A stretch of DNA of 64,000 nucleotides from Candidatus Lightella neohaematopini. Its GTDB lineage: Bacteria; Pseudomonadota; Gammaproteobacteria; Enterobacterales; Enterobacteriaceae. Position numbers and translations under genes: made by a program. The DNA lies in NCBI GenBank assembly GCA_025728475.1, contig JAOBJN010000003.1:10784-74783 (forward strand). The letters are read 5' to 3'. Shown one piece after another: positions 1-9,212 of this stretch (within the stretch, counting starts at the first letter, position 1; each line of letters begins with the position of its first letter). The notes beneath the pieces are model-generated. The model was given only the letters and a program-made list of their open reading frames with translations. It was not told where the DNA came from and searched no databases.

Positions 1-75
1 GAGTGGTTTAAGGAGCATGCCTGGAAAGTATGTATACAAATTTTAGTATCGAGGGTTCGAATCCCTCTCTCACCG
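1..75 (+). tRNA. tRNA-Ser (anticodon GGA), 5' part cut off by the window edge
   Basis: The anticodon arm is catgc/CTGGAAA/gtatg, giving anticodon GGA. There is a long variable arm, a T-arm gagggTTCGAATccctc, an acceptor 3' strand and a discriminator G. No CCA is encoded. Confidence 0.85.
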
Positions 76-263
76 ATTAAATAGATAATTTAAATAAGTA
101 TTTTAATTAAAAATTTTATTAAAAATCTAGGTTTAGATAATATAAATTAATACTTTTATGTTATCATATAAACAAAATAGATATATAATTGTTAACTTAA
201 AATTTTTATTAAAATTATTCTAAATTTTGATAATGTTAATATTTTAATAATACGGATAATAAT

Positions 264-3200
264 ATGCATATAAAATTAAATGATATAATAAAGAACCGTG
301 TACAACAATTATCTACACAACGTAATTGCACTATAGATGAATTATGTAATGAAGTTATATATTCTTATCTGGAAAAAATTAATTTTAATAACAAAAAGGA
401 TAGTAAATTAGAATTACCTATTCCTAAAGAATCCTTAAATAAACTTTATTTAGACATGAAAACACCAATTAATATATCTAAAATTAAATCAAACCATCCA
501 TTTATTAATTTATCTAGTAGTATAATATCTCAATCTATAACACGTAATAATATAACAAATTTCTGGTATTGTGAAGAAGAAATAATTGTACCTTACTTAT
601 TAGAACAAGTACACATTTCATCGGAAATATCAAATAATATTAGTGTATTAGCAAATAAATTAACTCAAAAAATAAGAATAAGTAATAAGAAGAATATAAA
701 CAATAAAATTAATTTAGTACAAAACTTATTACAAGAATTTTCATTATCCTCAAAAGAAGGTGTCGCTTTAATGTGTTTAGCAGAAGCATTATTAAGAATA
801 CCTGATAATAGTACTAAAGATCTATTAATATACGATAAAATTTGTAATAAAAATTGGTCTAGTCATTTAGGAAATAAATCAATATTAGTTAATTTTGCTA
901 CAAGAGGATTAATTATAGTTAATAAGTTAATATCAAATCAATATAATAAAAAAAATAAGAAATTTTTTGGTAAAAACTTTATAAATAAAAATATTAATTT
1001 TATAATAAGAAAAGTAACAAATATTATTATGCAATTAATAGGAAAGCAATTTGTTACTGGTGTAAATATAAATTCAGCAATAAAAACAGCTAGCAAATTA
1101 GAAAAAAACGGATTTCGTTATTCATATGATATATTAGGAGAAGCTGCATTAACTAATAATGATGCATTATCTTATACTAATGCTTATCAAGAAGCAATTC
1201 ATATAATTGGTAAATCTTCTAATGGTTTAGGTATTTATAATGGACCAGGTATATCAATAAAATTATCGGCTTTATACCCTAGATATTGTCGTTTACAATA
1301 CAAATCTGTAATGAAGGAATTATATCCACGTTTGTTACTACTAACATTATTAGCCAAAAAATATGATATTGGTTTAAATATTGATGCAGAAGAATCTAAT
1401 AGATTAGAAATTTCATTAGATTTATTAGTTAAATTATGTTATGAACCTAAATTAAATGGTTGGAATGGTATTGGTTTTGTTGTTCAAGCATATCAAAAAA
1501 GATCAATAAAAGTTATTGATGAATTAATACAATTAGCAAAAAATACTAAACGTCGTCTTATGATTAGACTAGTTAAAGGTGCTTATTGGGATAGTGAAAT
1601 TAAAAATGCTCAAGTATATGGATTAAGTGATTATCCTGTATTTACTAGAAAAATATATACTGACTTATCGTATTTAGCTTGTGCAAAAAAATTATTATCT
1701 GTACCTCAATATATATATCCCCAATTTGCTACACATAATGCTCATACTTTATCATCAATTTATTATTTTGCTGGACAAAATTACTATGAAGGACAATATG
1801 AATTCCAATGTTTGCATGGTATGGGAGAAACATTATATAATAATGTTGTTGGTAACGAATTTAATAAATTAAATAGACCATGCCGTATTTATGCTCCAGT
1901 TGGTTCATATAATACTTTATTATCTTATTTAGTAAGAAGATTACTAGAAAATGGAGCTAATACATCTTTTATTAATCAAGTATCTGACGATTCTATTCCT
2001 ATAGAAGATTTAATTGTCAATCCAGTCGAAAAGATAATTTCATTAAAAAATAAAGAAGGTAAAATAGGTTTATCCAATCCTAAAATACCTTTACCAAAAA
2101 ATTTATATAACATGACTAGAATAAATTCGTTAGGATTAGATATAAATAACGAGCAAACATTAACTAATATTATTGTTAATTTATTAAATGAAAACAATTT
2201 ATTTCATCAAGTAAAACCAATAATTAATTCTAATTATATTTCTGAAGGTATGACATATCAGATAATAAATCCAGCAAATAATAGTGATATTATTGGAACA
2301 TGTCAAGAATCATCATTGGATGATGTAAATAAATCAATTACTATCAGTAAAAATAGTGCTAAATATTGGATAAATAAAACTTATTACGAACGTGCAGTAA
2401 TACTAAATAAAGCTGCTGATTTGATAGAACAAAATATGTATAGTTTTATTGGATTATTAATTCGTGAAGCAGGAAAAACTATAATAAATGCTATATCAGA
2501 AATTAGAGAAGCTATAGACTTCCTAAGATATTATTCTTATCAGGCCAATAATCATTTTGATGATAATTATTATCCATTAGGAATAGTAGTATGTATTAGT
2601 CCTTGGAATTTTCCATTAGCTATTTTTATTGGTCAAATAGCTGCTGCTTTAGTAGTTGGTAATACAGTAATTGCTAAACCAGCAGAACAAACCCCGATTA
2701 TTGCAAGCAAAGTAGTTAAAATTATGCTTAATGCAGGTATTCCTGATGGAGTATTACAGTTATTACCAGGAAAAGGAAAGATTATTGGTCCAGCTTTGGT
2801 AGCAAATGATTCTGTTAATGGCGTAATGTTTACCGGGTCTACTAAAGTAGCTAAATCTTTACAAAATATTTTATTTTCTAGAATAAAAGATAAAATTGTG
2901 CCTATTATTGCTGAAACAGGAGGCATAAATACTATGATTATAGATTCATCAGCTTTAATAGAGCAAGCTATATTAGATATTATACAATCAGCATTTGATA
3001 GTGCTGGACAACGTTGTTCTGCACTAAGACTATTATGTTTACAAAATGATATTGCTGATTATGTATTATCTATGTTAAAAGGAGCAATATTAGAATATAA
3101 AATAGGTGATCCTAGTAATTTATCAACTGATATTGGTCCAGTAATTAGTAAAGAAGCAAAATTACTAATTAATAATTATATTGATAATATGAGAAAACAT

Positions 3201-4211
3201 GGACATGTAGTATGGCAAAGTAATAATTGTTTTAATAGTAACAACGGTTCATTTATTACACCAACAATTATTGAATTAGATAATATTAATCAATTAAATA
3301 AAGAAATTTTTGGACCAGTTTTACATATAGTTAGATATAATAAAAATGAATTAAATAATATAATTGAACAAATAAATTGTAATGGCTACGGATTAACATT
3401 TGGTTTACAAACAAGAATAGAATATACTGCTGATAATATAACAGAACGTGTTAATACTGGTAATTTTTATATAAATAGAAATATTATTGGAGCAGTAGTT
3501 GGTGTGCAACCATTTGGTGGTGAAAAATTATCTGGTACTGGTCCAAAAGCTGGTGGTCCTTTGTATTTATATCGTTTAGTAAATAAAAAAAATAATCTTA
3601 TAGTACCTAATGTTTTAAAATCATTAAATAAAATAGATTTTAACTGTGAAGGTACTAGATACTTATATAATGATTTATGTAACTGGGTAAAAGATAAATA
3701 TCCAAATATTATTAATATTTGTGATGAATATAATAAGATATCTACTAGTAGTGGTAGTAGTTACTTATTAGATGGGCCTACAGGTGAATTAAATAAATAT
3801 AAGTTATTACCTCGTAAATATATTTTATGTATAGCTGATCAAGAAATTGATTTAGTAGTTCAACTTATTGCTGTATTTTGTATTGGTTCTTATCCAGTAT
3901 TAATAAACTCAAAATTGTGTTCTAAAATATTAACAATATTACCAGAATTAATTAGAAATACTATTTTAGTGATTAATGATTGGTTATCTAAGTCAATCAC
4001 TATTGATACTATTATAATACATAGTAATAATGTAGGATTAAAACATTTAATAAAATTTATTAGCGAATCTAAAAAAGAAGAACCTTTAGTAAATATACAA
4101 AATTATAATTTTGGTGATCATAAAATTTCATTAGAACGATTATTACTAGAACGTACTATTAGTATTAATACTGCGGCTGTCGGAGGAAACACTACTTTAA
4201 TCACTCAATAA
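264..4211 (+). CDS. putA: Trifunctional PutA: ribbon-helix-helix domain, proline dehydrogenase and 1-pyrroline-5-carboxylate dehydrogenase
   Basis: The 1315-aa ORF is colinear with E. coli PutA. Shared blocks include LLQEFSLSSKEGVALMCLAEALLRIPD, YEFQCLHGMGE, RRLLENGANTSF, CISPWNFPLAIF, AETGG, FDSAGQRCSALR and VGVQPFGGE.LSGTGPKAGGPLYLYR. The N-terminus MHIKLND...YSYLEKI aligns to the E. coli RHH segment. Confidence 0.95.
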   Translation: MHIKLNDIIKNRVQQLSTQRNCTIDELCNEVIYSYLEKINFNNKKDSKLELPIPKESLNKLYLDMKTPINISKIKSNHPFINLSSSIISQSITRNNITNFWYCEEEIIVPYLLEQVHISSEISNNISVLANKLTQKIRISNKKNINNKINLVQNLLQEFSLSSKEGVALMCLAEALLRIPDNSTKDLLIYDKICNKNWSSHLGNKSILVNFATRGLIIVNKLISNQYNKKNKKFFGKNFINKNINFIIRKVTNIIMQLIGKQFVTGVNINSAIKTASKLEKNGFRYSYDILGEAALTNNDALSYTNAYQEAIHIIGKSSNGLGIYNGPGISIKLSALYPRYCRLQYKSVMKELYPRLLLLTLLAKKYDIGLNIDAEESNRLEISLDLLVKLCYEPKLNGWNGIGFVVQAYQKRSIKVIDELIQLAKNTKRRLMIRLVKGAYWDSEIKNAQVYGLSDYPVFTRKIYTDLSYLACAKKLLSVPQYIYPQFATHNAHTLSSIYYFAGQNYYEGQYEFQCLHGMGETLYNNVVGNEFNKLNRPCRIYAPVGSYNTLLSYLVRRLLENGANTSFINQVSDDSIPIEDLIVNPVEKIISLKNKEGKIGLSNPKIPLPKNLYNMTRINSLGLDINNEQTLTNIIVNLLNENNLFHQVKPIINSNYISEGMTYQIINPANNSDIIGTCQESSLDDVNKSITISKNSAKYWINKTYYERAVILNKAADLIEQNMYSFIGLLIREAGKTIINAISEIREAIDFLRYYSYQANNHFDDNYYPLGIVVCISPWNFPLAIFIGQIAAALVVGNTVIAKPAEQTPIIASKVVKIMLNAGIPDGVLQLLPGKGKIIGPALVANDSVNGVMFTGSTKVAKSLQNILFSRIKDKIVPIIAETGGINTMIIDSSALIEQAILDIIQSAFDSAGQRCSALRLLCLQNDIADYVLSMLKGAILEYKIGDPSNLSTDIGPVISKEAKLLINNYIDNMRKHGHVVWQSNNCFNSNNGSFITPTIIELDNINQLNKEIFGPVLHIVRYNKNELNNIIEQINCNGYGLTFGLQTRIEYTADNITERVNTGNFYINRNIIGAVVGVQPFGGEKLSGTGPKAGGPLYLYRLVNKKNNLIVPNVLKSLNKIDFNCEGTRYLYNDLCNWVKDKYPNIINICDEYNKISTSSGSSYLLDGPTGELNKYKLLPRKYILCIADQEIDLVVQLIAVFCIGSYPVLINSKLCSKILTILPELIRNTILVINDWLSKSITIDTIIIHSNNVGLKHLIKFISESKKEEPLVNIQNYNFGDHKISLERLLLERTISINTAAVGGNTTLITQ

Positions 4212-4221
4212 TTTTAATATT

Positions 4222-4311
4222 AGGAGAGACAGGGATTCGAACCCTGGAAGAATATTTAATTCTTAACGAATTTCGAATTCGTCCCATTAAACCTATCTCT
4301 GGCACCTCTCC
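4222..4311 (-). tRNA. tRNA-Ser (anticodon CGA)
   Basis: The reverse complement reads ggagagg-tg-...acgaa/TTCGAAA/ttcgt, giving anticodon CGA. It has a long variable arm, a T-arm cagggTTCGAATccctg and acceptor tctctcc. It closely resembles E. coli serU. The discriminator is U and no CCA is encoded. The 5' end abuts the deoD stop codon. Confidence 0.85.
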
Positions 4312-5031
4312 TTAAATTATTAATAAAGATTCCAATGCTAAAATGATCATATCGTCAAAGGAATTTTGTTTTTCTAATATACTAAGACTAGTTTTTTTAA
4401 AAACATGATCAGAAACAGTACAAATTACTAATGCTTTAGCTCCTAATTCAGCTGCAGTACTGTATATTCCAGCTGCCTCCATTTCAATTCCCAAAATACC
4501 ATACTTATCTAATATATTTAATAATTTTTTTTTGCTATGATCTGGTATATAAAATAAATCAGTAGAGAAAATACTACCTACATGAATCTTAATATTAAGA
4601 ATATTAGCAATATTTACTACATTACAGAGCATATCAAAATCAGCTACAGCAGAAAAATCATTATCCATAAAACGTATACGATTAATCTTAGAATTTGTAC
4701 TAGCTGCCATACCAATAATAATATCTCGTAAATTTAATTCATGTTTTACAGCACCACAAGAACCAACACGAATAATTTTCTTTACACCAAAATCTACTAT
4801 TAATTCTCTAACATAAATAGAACAAGATGGCATTCCTATACCATGTCCCATAACTGACATAATTTTATTTTTATAATAACCAGTATAACCTAACATACCT
4901 CTAACATTATTTACTTCACGATAATTATTAAAAAATTTTTCTGCTATATATTTTGCTCTCATAGGATCACCTGGCATTAATATAACATCAGCAAAATCAC
5001 CATATTTTGCGTTAATATGTGTTGTTGTCAT
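4312..5031 (-). CDS. deoD: Purine nucleoside phosphorylase DeoD type
   Basis: The 239-aa ORF contains [52 protein letters not shown] and RVGSCGAV, typical of hexameric PNP. Confidence 0.93.
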   Translation of the reverse strand: MTTTHINAKYGDFADVILMPGDPMRAKYIAEKFFNNYREVNNVRGMLGYTGYYKNKIMSVMGHGIGMPSCSIYVRELIVDFGVKKIIRVGSCGAVKHELNLRDIIIGMAASTNSKINRIRFMDNDFSAVADFDMLCNVVNIANILNIKIHVGSIFSTDLFYIPDHSKKKLLNILDKYGILGIEMEAAGIYSTAAELGAKALVICTVSDHVFKKTSLSILEKQNSFDDMIILALESLLII

Positions 5032-5048
5032 ACAGCTTCCTTTTTAAT

Positions 5049-6254
5049 TTATAAGATTGATGTACCATAACTCATTGGTGATAAATTAAAATACTTTACT
5101 ATTGTTTGACCAATATCAGCAAAAGAATTACGATAACCATAATACTTAGATTTAATCTTAGGACCATAAATCAATATTGGTACAAATTCTCTAGTATGAT
5201 CTGTACCATACCAAGTAGGATCACAACCATGATCGGCTGTAATAATAAGTACATCATTATTTTTCATTTTAGATATTATTTCAGATAATCTATAATCAAA
5301 TAATTCTAAAGCTAAAGCATAACCAATAATATCTCTTCTATGACCATATAATTCGTCAAAATCAACAAAATTAGTAAATATAATAGTATTATTTTTAGCT
5401 GTATTAATTTCTGATACCATTTTATTAAATAAGTTATTTATACCATAAGCTTTAATATGTTTATTTATACCTACATGAGCATATATATCTGCAATTTTAC
5501 CAATTGATATAACAGTACCATCTTTTTCTTTAATAAGTTTTTGAAATACAGTAACTGATGGTGGAGTTAGTGATAAATCACAACGATTTTTAGTTCTTAT
5601 AAAATTATTAGCATTATTACCAATAAAAGGCCTAGCTATTACCCGACCAATATTATAAGTACTACTATTCAGTATATTTCTTATACTAATACATAAATTA
5701 TATAAGTTAGATAATCCAAATATATTTTCATGACAAGCTACTTGACAAACAGAATCTGCCGAAGTATAAATAATTGGCTTACCGGTAATAATATGCTCTT
5801 CACCAAATTTTTTAATTATTTCAGTACCTGATGCGTGACAATTACCTAAAACCCCAGATAAATTATTCATTTCACAAATTAAATTTAATAAACTATCAGG
5901 AATGCTATTATTTAGTTTATCAAAATAGTGCCAATTTGGTACTAATATACCAGCTATTTCCCAATGCCCAGATATTGTATCTTTACCAGCGGCTAATGAA
6001 CTAGCATAAGCATAACTACCGACAATACTTGTTTGCAAATGCATACCAACAGGATGATAACTGGTAGCATACTGAATAGTTTTTACTAGACCTAAAGATG
6101 ACAAATTAGGTATTTTTAGAATTTTATGTTGATTATAATAATAATACTCAGCAATATGACCTAATGTATTAGCACCAACGTCACCAAACTTATTTGCATC
6201 ATTTGTAGAACCAATACCTAATGAATCAATAACAATTAAAAATAAACGTTTCAT
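5049..6254 (-). CDS. deoB: Phosphopentomutase
   Basis: The ORF track extends to 6299, but homology to E. coli DeoB begins at the internal Met (MKRLFLIVIDSLGIG), so the start is set at 6254. The motif ITADHGCDPTW..TDHTRE is present. Confidence 0.9.
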   Translation of the reverse strand: MKRLFLIVIDSLGIGSTNDANKFGDVGANTLGHIAEYYYYNQHKILKIPNLSSLGLVKTIQYATSYHPVGMHLQTSIVGSYAYASSLAAGKDTISGHWEIAGILVPNWHYFDKLNNSIPDSLLNLICEMNNLSGVLGNCHASGTEIIKKFGEEHIITGKPIIYTSADSVCQVACHENIFGLSNLYNLCISIRNILNSSTYNIGRVIARPFIGNNANNFIRTKNRCDLSLTPPSVTVFQKLIKEKDGTVISIGKIADIYAHVGINKHIKAYGINNLFNKMVSEINTAKNNTIIFTNFVDFDELYGHRRDIIGYALALELFDYRLSEIISKMKNNDVLIITADHGCDPTWYGTDHTREFVPILIYGPKIKSKYYGYRNSFADIGQTIVKYFNLSPMSYGTSIL

Positions 6255-6347
6255 GAGTAGTATTATCAGTATTACTAATTTATATAAAAAAATAAACACA
6301 ACTTATAATTACATCGTAACAATATAGCAAAATTATAACTAAAATAA

Positions 6348-8429
6348 TTAATTAACAGCTTTCATACTTAAACGAATACGACCATTACGTTCTACTTCTA
6401 ATACTTTTACTGGTATTTTTTGTCCTATTTTAACAAAATCACTAATGTTTTTTACATGCTTATTAGTAATTTGAGAAATATGAACTAAACCTTCTTTACC
6501 TTTTATGCTAAAAATTATACCAAAATTTACAATACGTATTACAATACCAACATATATTTGGCCAACTTCTATATCTTTGATAAGATCATAAATACGTTTT
6601 ATTGCCATATCAGCCTGATTATAGTTACATGCAGCAATTTTAATAGTACCATCATCATGTATATCTATACTGGTATTTGTTTCTTCTGTTAATGATTTAA
6701 TAACTAAACCACCTTTACCAATAACTGTCTTGATCTTACTTGGATTAATTGCAATCGTATAAATGCGAGGAGCAAATTTAGAAATATCAGCTCTTGGTTT
6801 ATTAATATTACTTGACATAATGTCTAAGACATGTATACGTGCTTCTTTACTGAGAAATAAAGTTTCTTTAATCATATCAAACGTAATACCATGAGTTTTG
6901 ATATCCATTTGTATTGCAGTAATACCATAATAATCACCAGCAATCTTACAATCCATATCTCCAAAATAGTCTTCATTACTGATAATATCACTAAGTATAA
7001 TAAATTTATCATTATTTTTAATTAATCCCATAGCAACACCAGCAATAGCTGTTTTGATAGGTACTCCAGCATCCATTAATGATAAAGATGCACCACATAC
7101 CGAAGCCATAGATGATGAACCATCAGATTCTGTTACTTCAGATACTAAACGTATAGTATAAGAAAATTTATTATTATAAGGTAATACAGGAATAATTGCT
7201 CGTTTAGCTAAATAACCATGACCAATTTCTCTACGTTTAGGAGAACTAATAATTCCTATTTCACCAACACAATATGGTAAAAAATTATAATGTAATAAAA
7301 ATTTATCTATTCGTTCTCCTAATAATTCATCAACGTTTTGAGCATTACGTTCTGTACCTAATGTAGTACTAACTAACGTTTGTGTTTCTCCACGAGAAAA
7401 TAATGCTGAACCATGTGTTCTAGGTAAAATACCTAATACAATATTAATATCACGAATATCATTAAACTTACGACCATCAATACGAACACCATTACTCATA
7501 GTAAGATCACGCATAACTATCTTTTCAGCTCTAGATATTAAAATAGATAACTCATTTGGATTAATATCATTATATTGTAATATTAATGATTGCATAATAT
7601 CATTTTTTATATTACTAATTGTAGTAATTCGATCATACTTACTACCATTTAATGGATATATATTACATAAATTATTTTTAAACAATACACAAATATAATT
7701 TATCAGATTAATAGTATCTATTTTTGGTACCATAAATTTGTTAACATGTAATTTGTCTACTAATAAATTAATGTTATCTATTACAACTTGTTGTTTTTCA
7801 TGACCAAATTCAATTGCATCCAACATCTGATACTCATTAATTAGCTTGGCTGCACCTTCAATCATAACAATTGCTTGTGATGTACTAACAACTATCAAAT
7901 CTAGACTACTATTAGTAGTAATATTAGAAGTATTAGGATTTAAACAATAATTTTCATTTATGTAACCTACTCTAGCAACTCCAATTGGTCCCAAAAAAGG
8001 GATATCAGATATAGAAATAACTGCAGATACTCCAATAATAGCTGCAATATCAGGATAAACTTGTGGATTTACAGAAATTACAGTAATTGTAATTTGTATT
8101 GAATAACAAAAATCTTCAGGAAATAATGGTCGAATAGCACGATCTATTAATCTCGAAATTAATACTTCACTTTCTGTAGGACGACCTTCTCTTCTAAAAA
8201 AACCACCAGGAAAACGTCCAGCAGCATAAATACGCTCTTGATAATTTACTACTAACGGCAAAAATGCACTATTAATTTCTGTTTGCTTAATATATACCAT
8301 GGTAACTAAAACCATAGTATCATCAATATTGACAATTACTGATGAAGTAGCTTGCCTAGCAATCCTACCTGTTTCGATAATTACATTATTATCACCATAA
8401 GTAAATTTTTGAGAAATTATTTTTTGCAA
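6348..8429 (-). CDS. pnp: Polynucleotide phosphorylase
   Basis: The 693-aa ORF has two RNase PH-like domains followed by KH (GKGG) and S1 domains. It uses a TTG start, as E. coli pnp does, preceded by a strong TAAGGAG Shine-Dalgarno sequence. Confidence 0.96.
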   Translation of the reverse strand: MQKIISQKFTYGDNNVIIETGRIARQATSSVIVNIDDTMVLVTMVYIKQTEINSAFLPLVVNYQERIYAAGRFPGGFFRREGRPTESEVLISRLIDRAIRPLFPEDFCYSIQITITVISVNPQVYPDIAAIIGVSAVISISDIPFLGPIGVARVGYINENYCLNPNTSNITTNSSLDLIVVSTSQAIVMIEGAAKLINEYQMLDAIEFGHEKQQVVIDNINLLVDKLHVNKFMVPKIDTINLINYICVLFKNNLCNIYPLNGSKYDRITTISNIKNDIMQSLILQYNDINPNELSILISRAEKIVMRDLTMSNGVRIDGRKFNDIRDINIVLGILPRTHGSALFSRGETQTLVSTTLGTERNAQNVDELLGERIDKFLLHYNFLPYCVGEIGIISSPKRREIGHGYLAKRAIIPVLPYNNKFSYTIRLVSEVTESDGSSSMASVCGASLSLMDAGVPIKTAIAGVAMGLIKNNDKFIILSDIISNEDYFGDMDCKIAGDYYGITAIQMDIKTHGITFDMIKETLFLSKEARIHVLDIMSSNINKPRADISKFAPRIYTIAINPSKIKTVIGKGGLVIKSLTEETNTSIDIHDDGTIKIAACNYNQADMAIKRIYDLIKDIEVGQIYVGIVIRIVNFGIIFSIKGKEGLVHISQITNKHVKNISDFVKIGQKIPVKVLEVERNGRIRLSMKAVN

Positions 8430-8464
8430 AACTACTCCTTATCTTAAGCTTAAATTAGTAATAA

Positions 8465-8481
8465 ACAGTTTAAAAAACTGT
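8465..8481 (-). terminator. Candidate hairpin between rpsO and pnp (rpsO terminator or pnp leader stem)
   Basis: This is a perfect 7-bp inverted repeat, acagttt-nnn-aaactgt, followed on the coding strand by TTATTACT. It sits where E. coli has the rpsO terminator and pnp leader hairpin. It has only 2 GC pairs, so the prediction is weak. Confidence 0.3.
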
Positions 8482-8508
8482 AGACTAGTAAAATTATTTA
8501 AACTTACA

Positions 8509-8772
8509 TTAACGTAATTTTAATAATCTAACCAAATTATTATATCTCAATATATTAATTTTTTTCAAGTAATTTAATAATTTCCTACGTTTATTTACCA
8601 TACTTAATAATCCACGTTTACTATGATAATCTTTTTTATGTTTTAAGAAATGTTGTTTAAGATTATTAATTCTCTGACTAAGAAGTGCAACTTGTACTTC
8701 TGTTACACCACTATTTTTTTCAGACTTACCAAAACTAATAATTATTTTCTTTTTTTGATAATATGAACACAT
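8509..8772 (-). CDS. rpsO: 30S ribosomal protein S15
   Basis: The 87-aa ORF contains GVTEVQVALLSQRINNLKQHF..HKKDYHSKRGLL..V.KRRKLL.YL, matching S15. Confidence 0.95.
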   Translation of the reverse strand: MCSYYQKKKIIISFGKSEKNSGVTEVQVALLSQRINNLKQHFLKHKKDYHSKRGLLSMVNKRRKLLNYLKKINILRYNNLVRLLKLR

Positions 8773-8833
8773 AATATATCCTATAAGGTAAATTTATAAT
8801 TCAAAGAATATTTATAGTTTACTATAAATAAAT

Positions 8834-9193
8834 CTAATACTTAATATTTTTGATTAAATTAATAACTTTTATATTTTTTAATAAACTATTATCAGATAGA
8901 AACATTATATGTTGTACTTTTTTTAATAATACATGTTTATTTATATGATATTTAATATAATTAGTAGCTTTCATTAATGGCTTAATACTAAAGTTTATTT
9001 GATTTATATTATTCTTATCTAAAGAAGTAACAAACACTTTAACATAATGTAAATCATTAGAAATTAATATTTTCGAAATGGTAATAATTCCAATATTAGG
9101 ATTACTTAGTTTATATAATATTATTCTCGTAATTTCTTTATATAAAATTTTAATAATACGTTGTGTTCTATATTTTTTTTGTGTAAGAAGCAT
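8834..9193 (-). CDS. rbfA: Ribosome-binding factor A
   Basis: The position downstream of infB matches E. coli. Similarity to RbfA starts at the internal Met (MLLTQKKYRTQRI...KEITRII), so the start is set at 9193. The longer ORF to 9241 would overlap infB and is probably an artefact. Confidence 0.8.
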   Translation of the reverse strand: MLLTQKKYRTQRIIKILYKEITRIILYKLSNPNIGIITISKILISNDLHYVKVFVTSLDKNNINQINFSIKPLMKATNYIKYHINKHVLLKKVQHIMFLSDNSLLKNIKVINLIKNIKY

Positions 9194-9212
9194 AATAATA
9201 TTTAAACTTATT

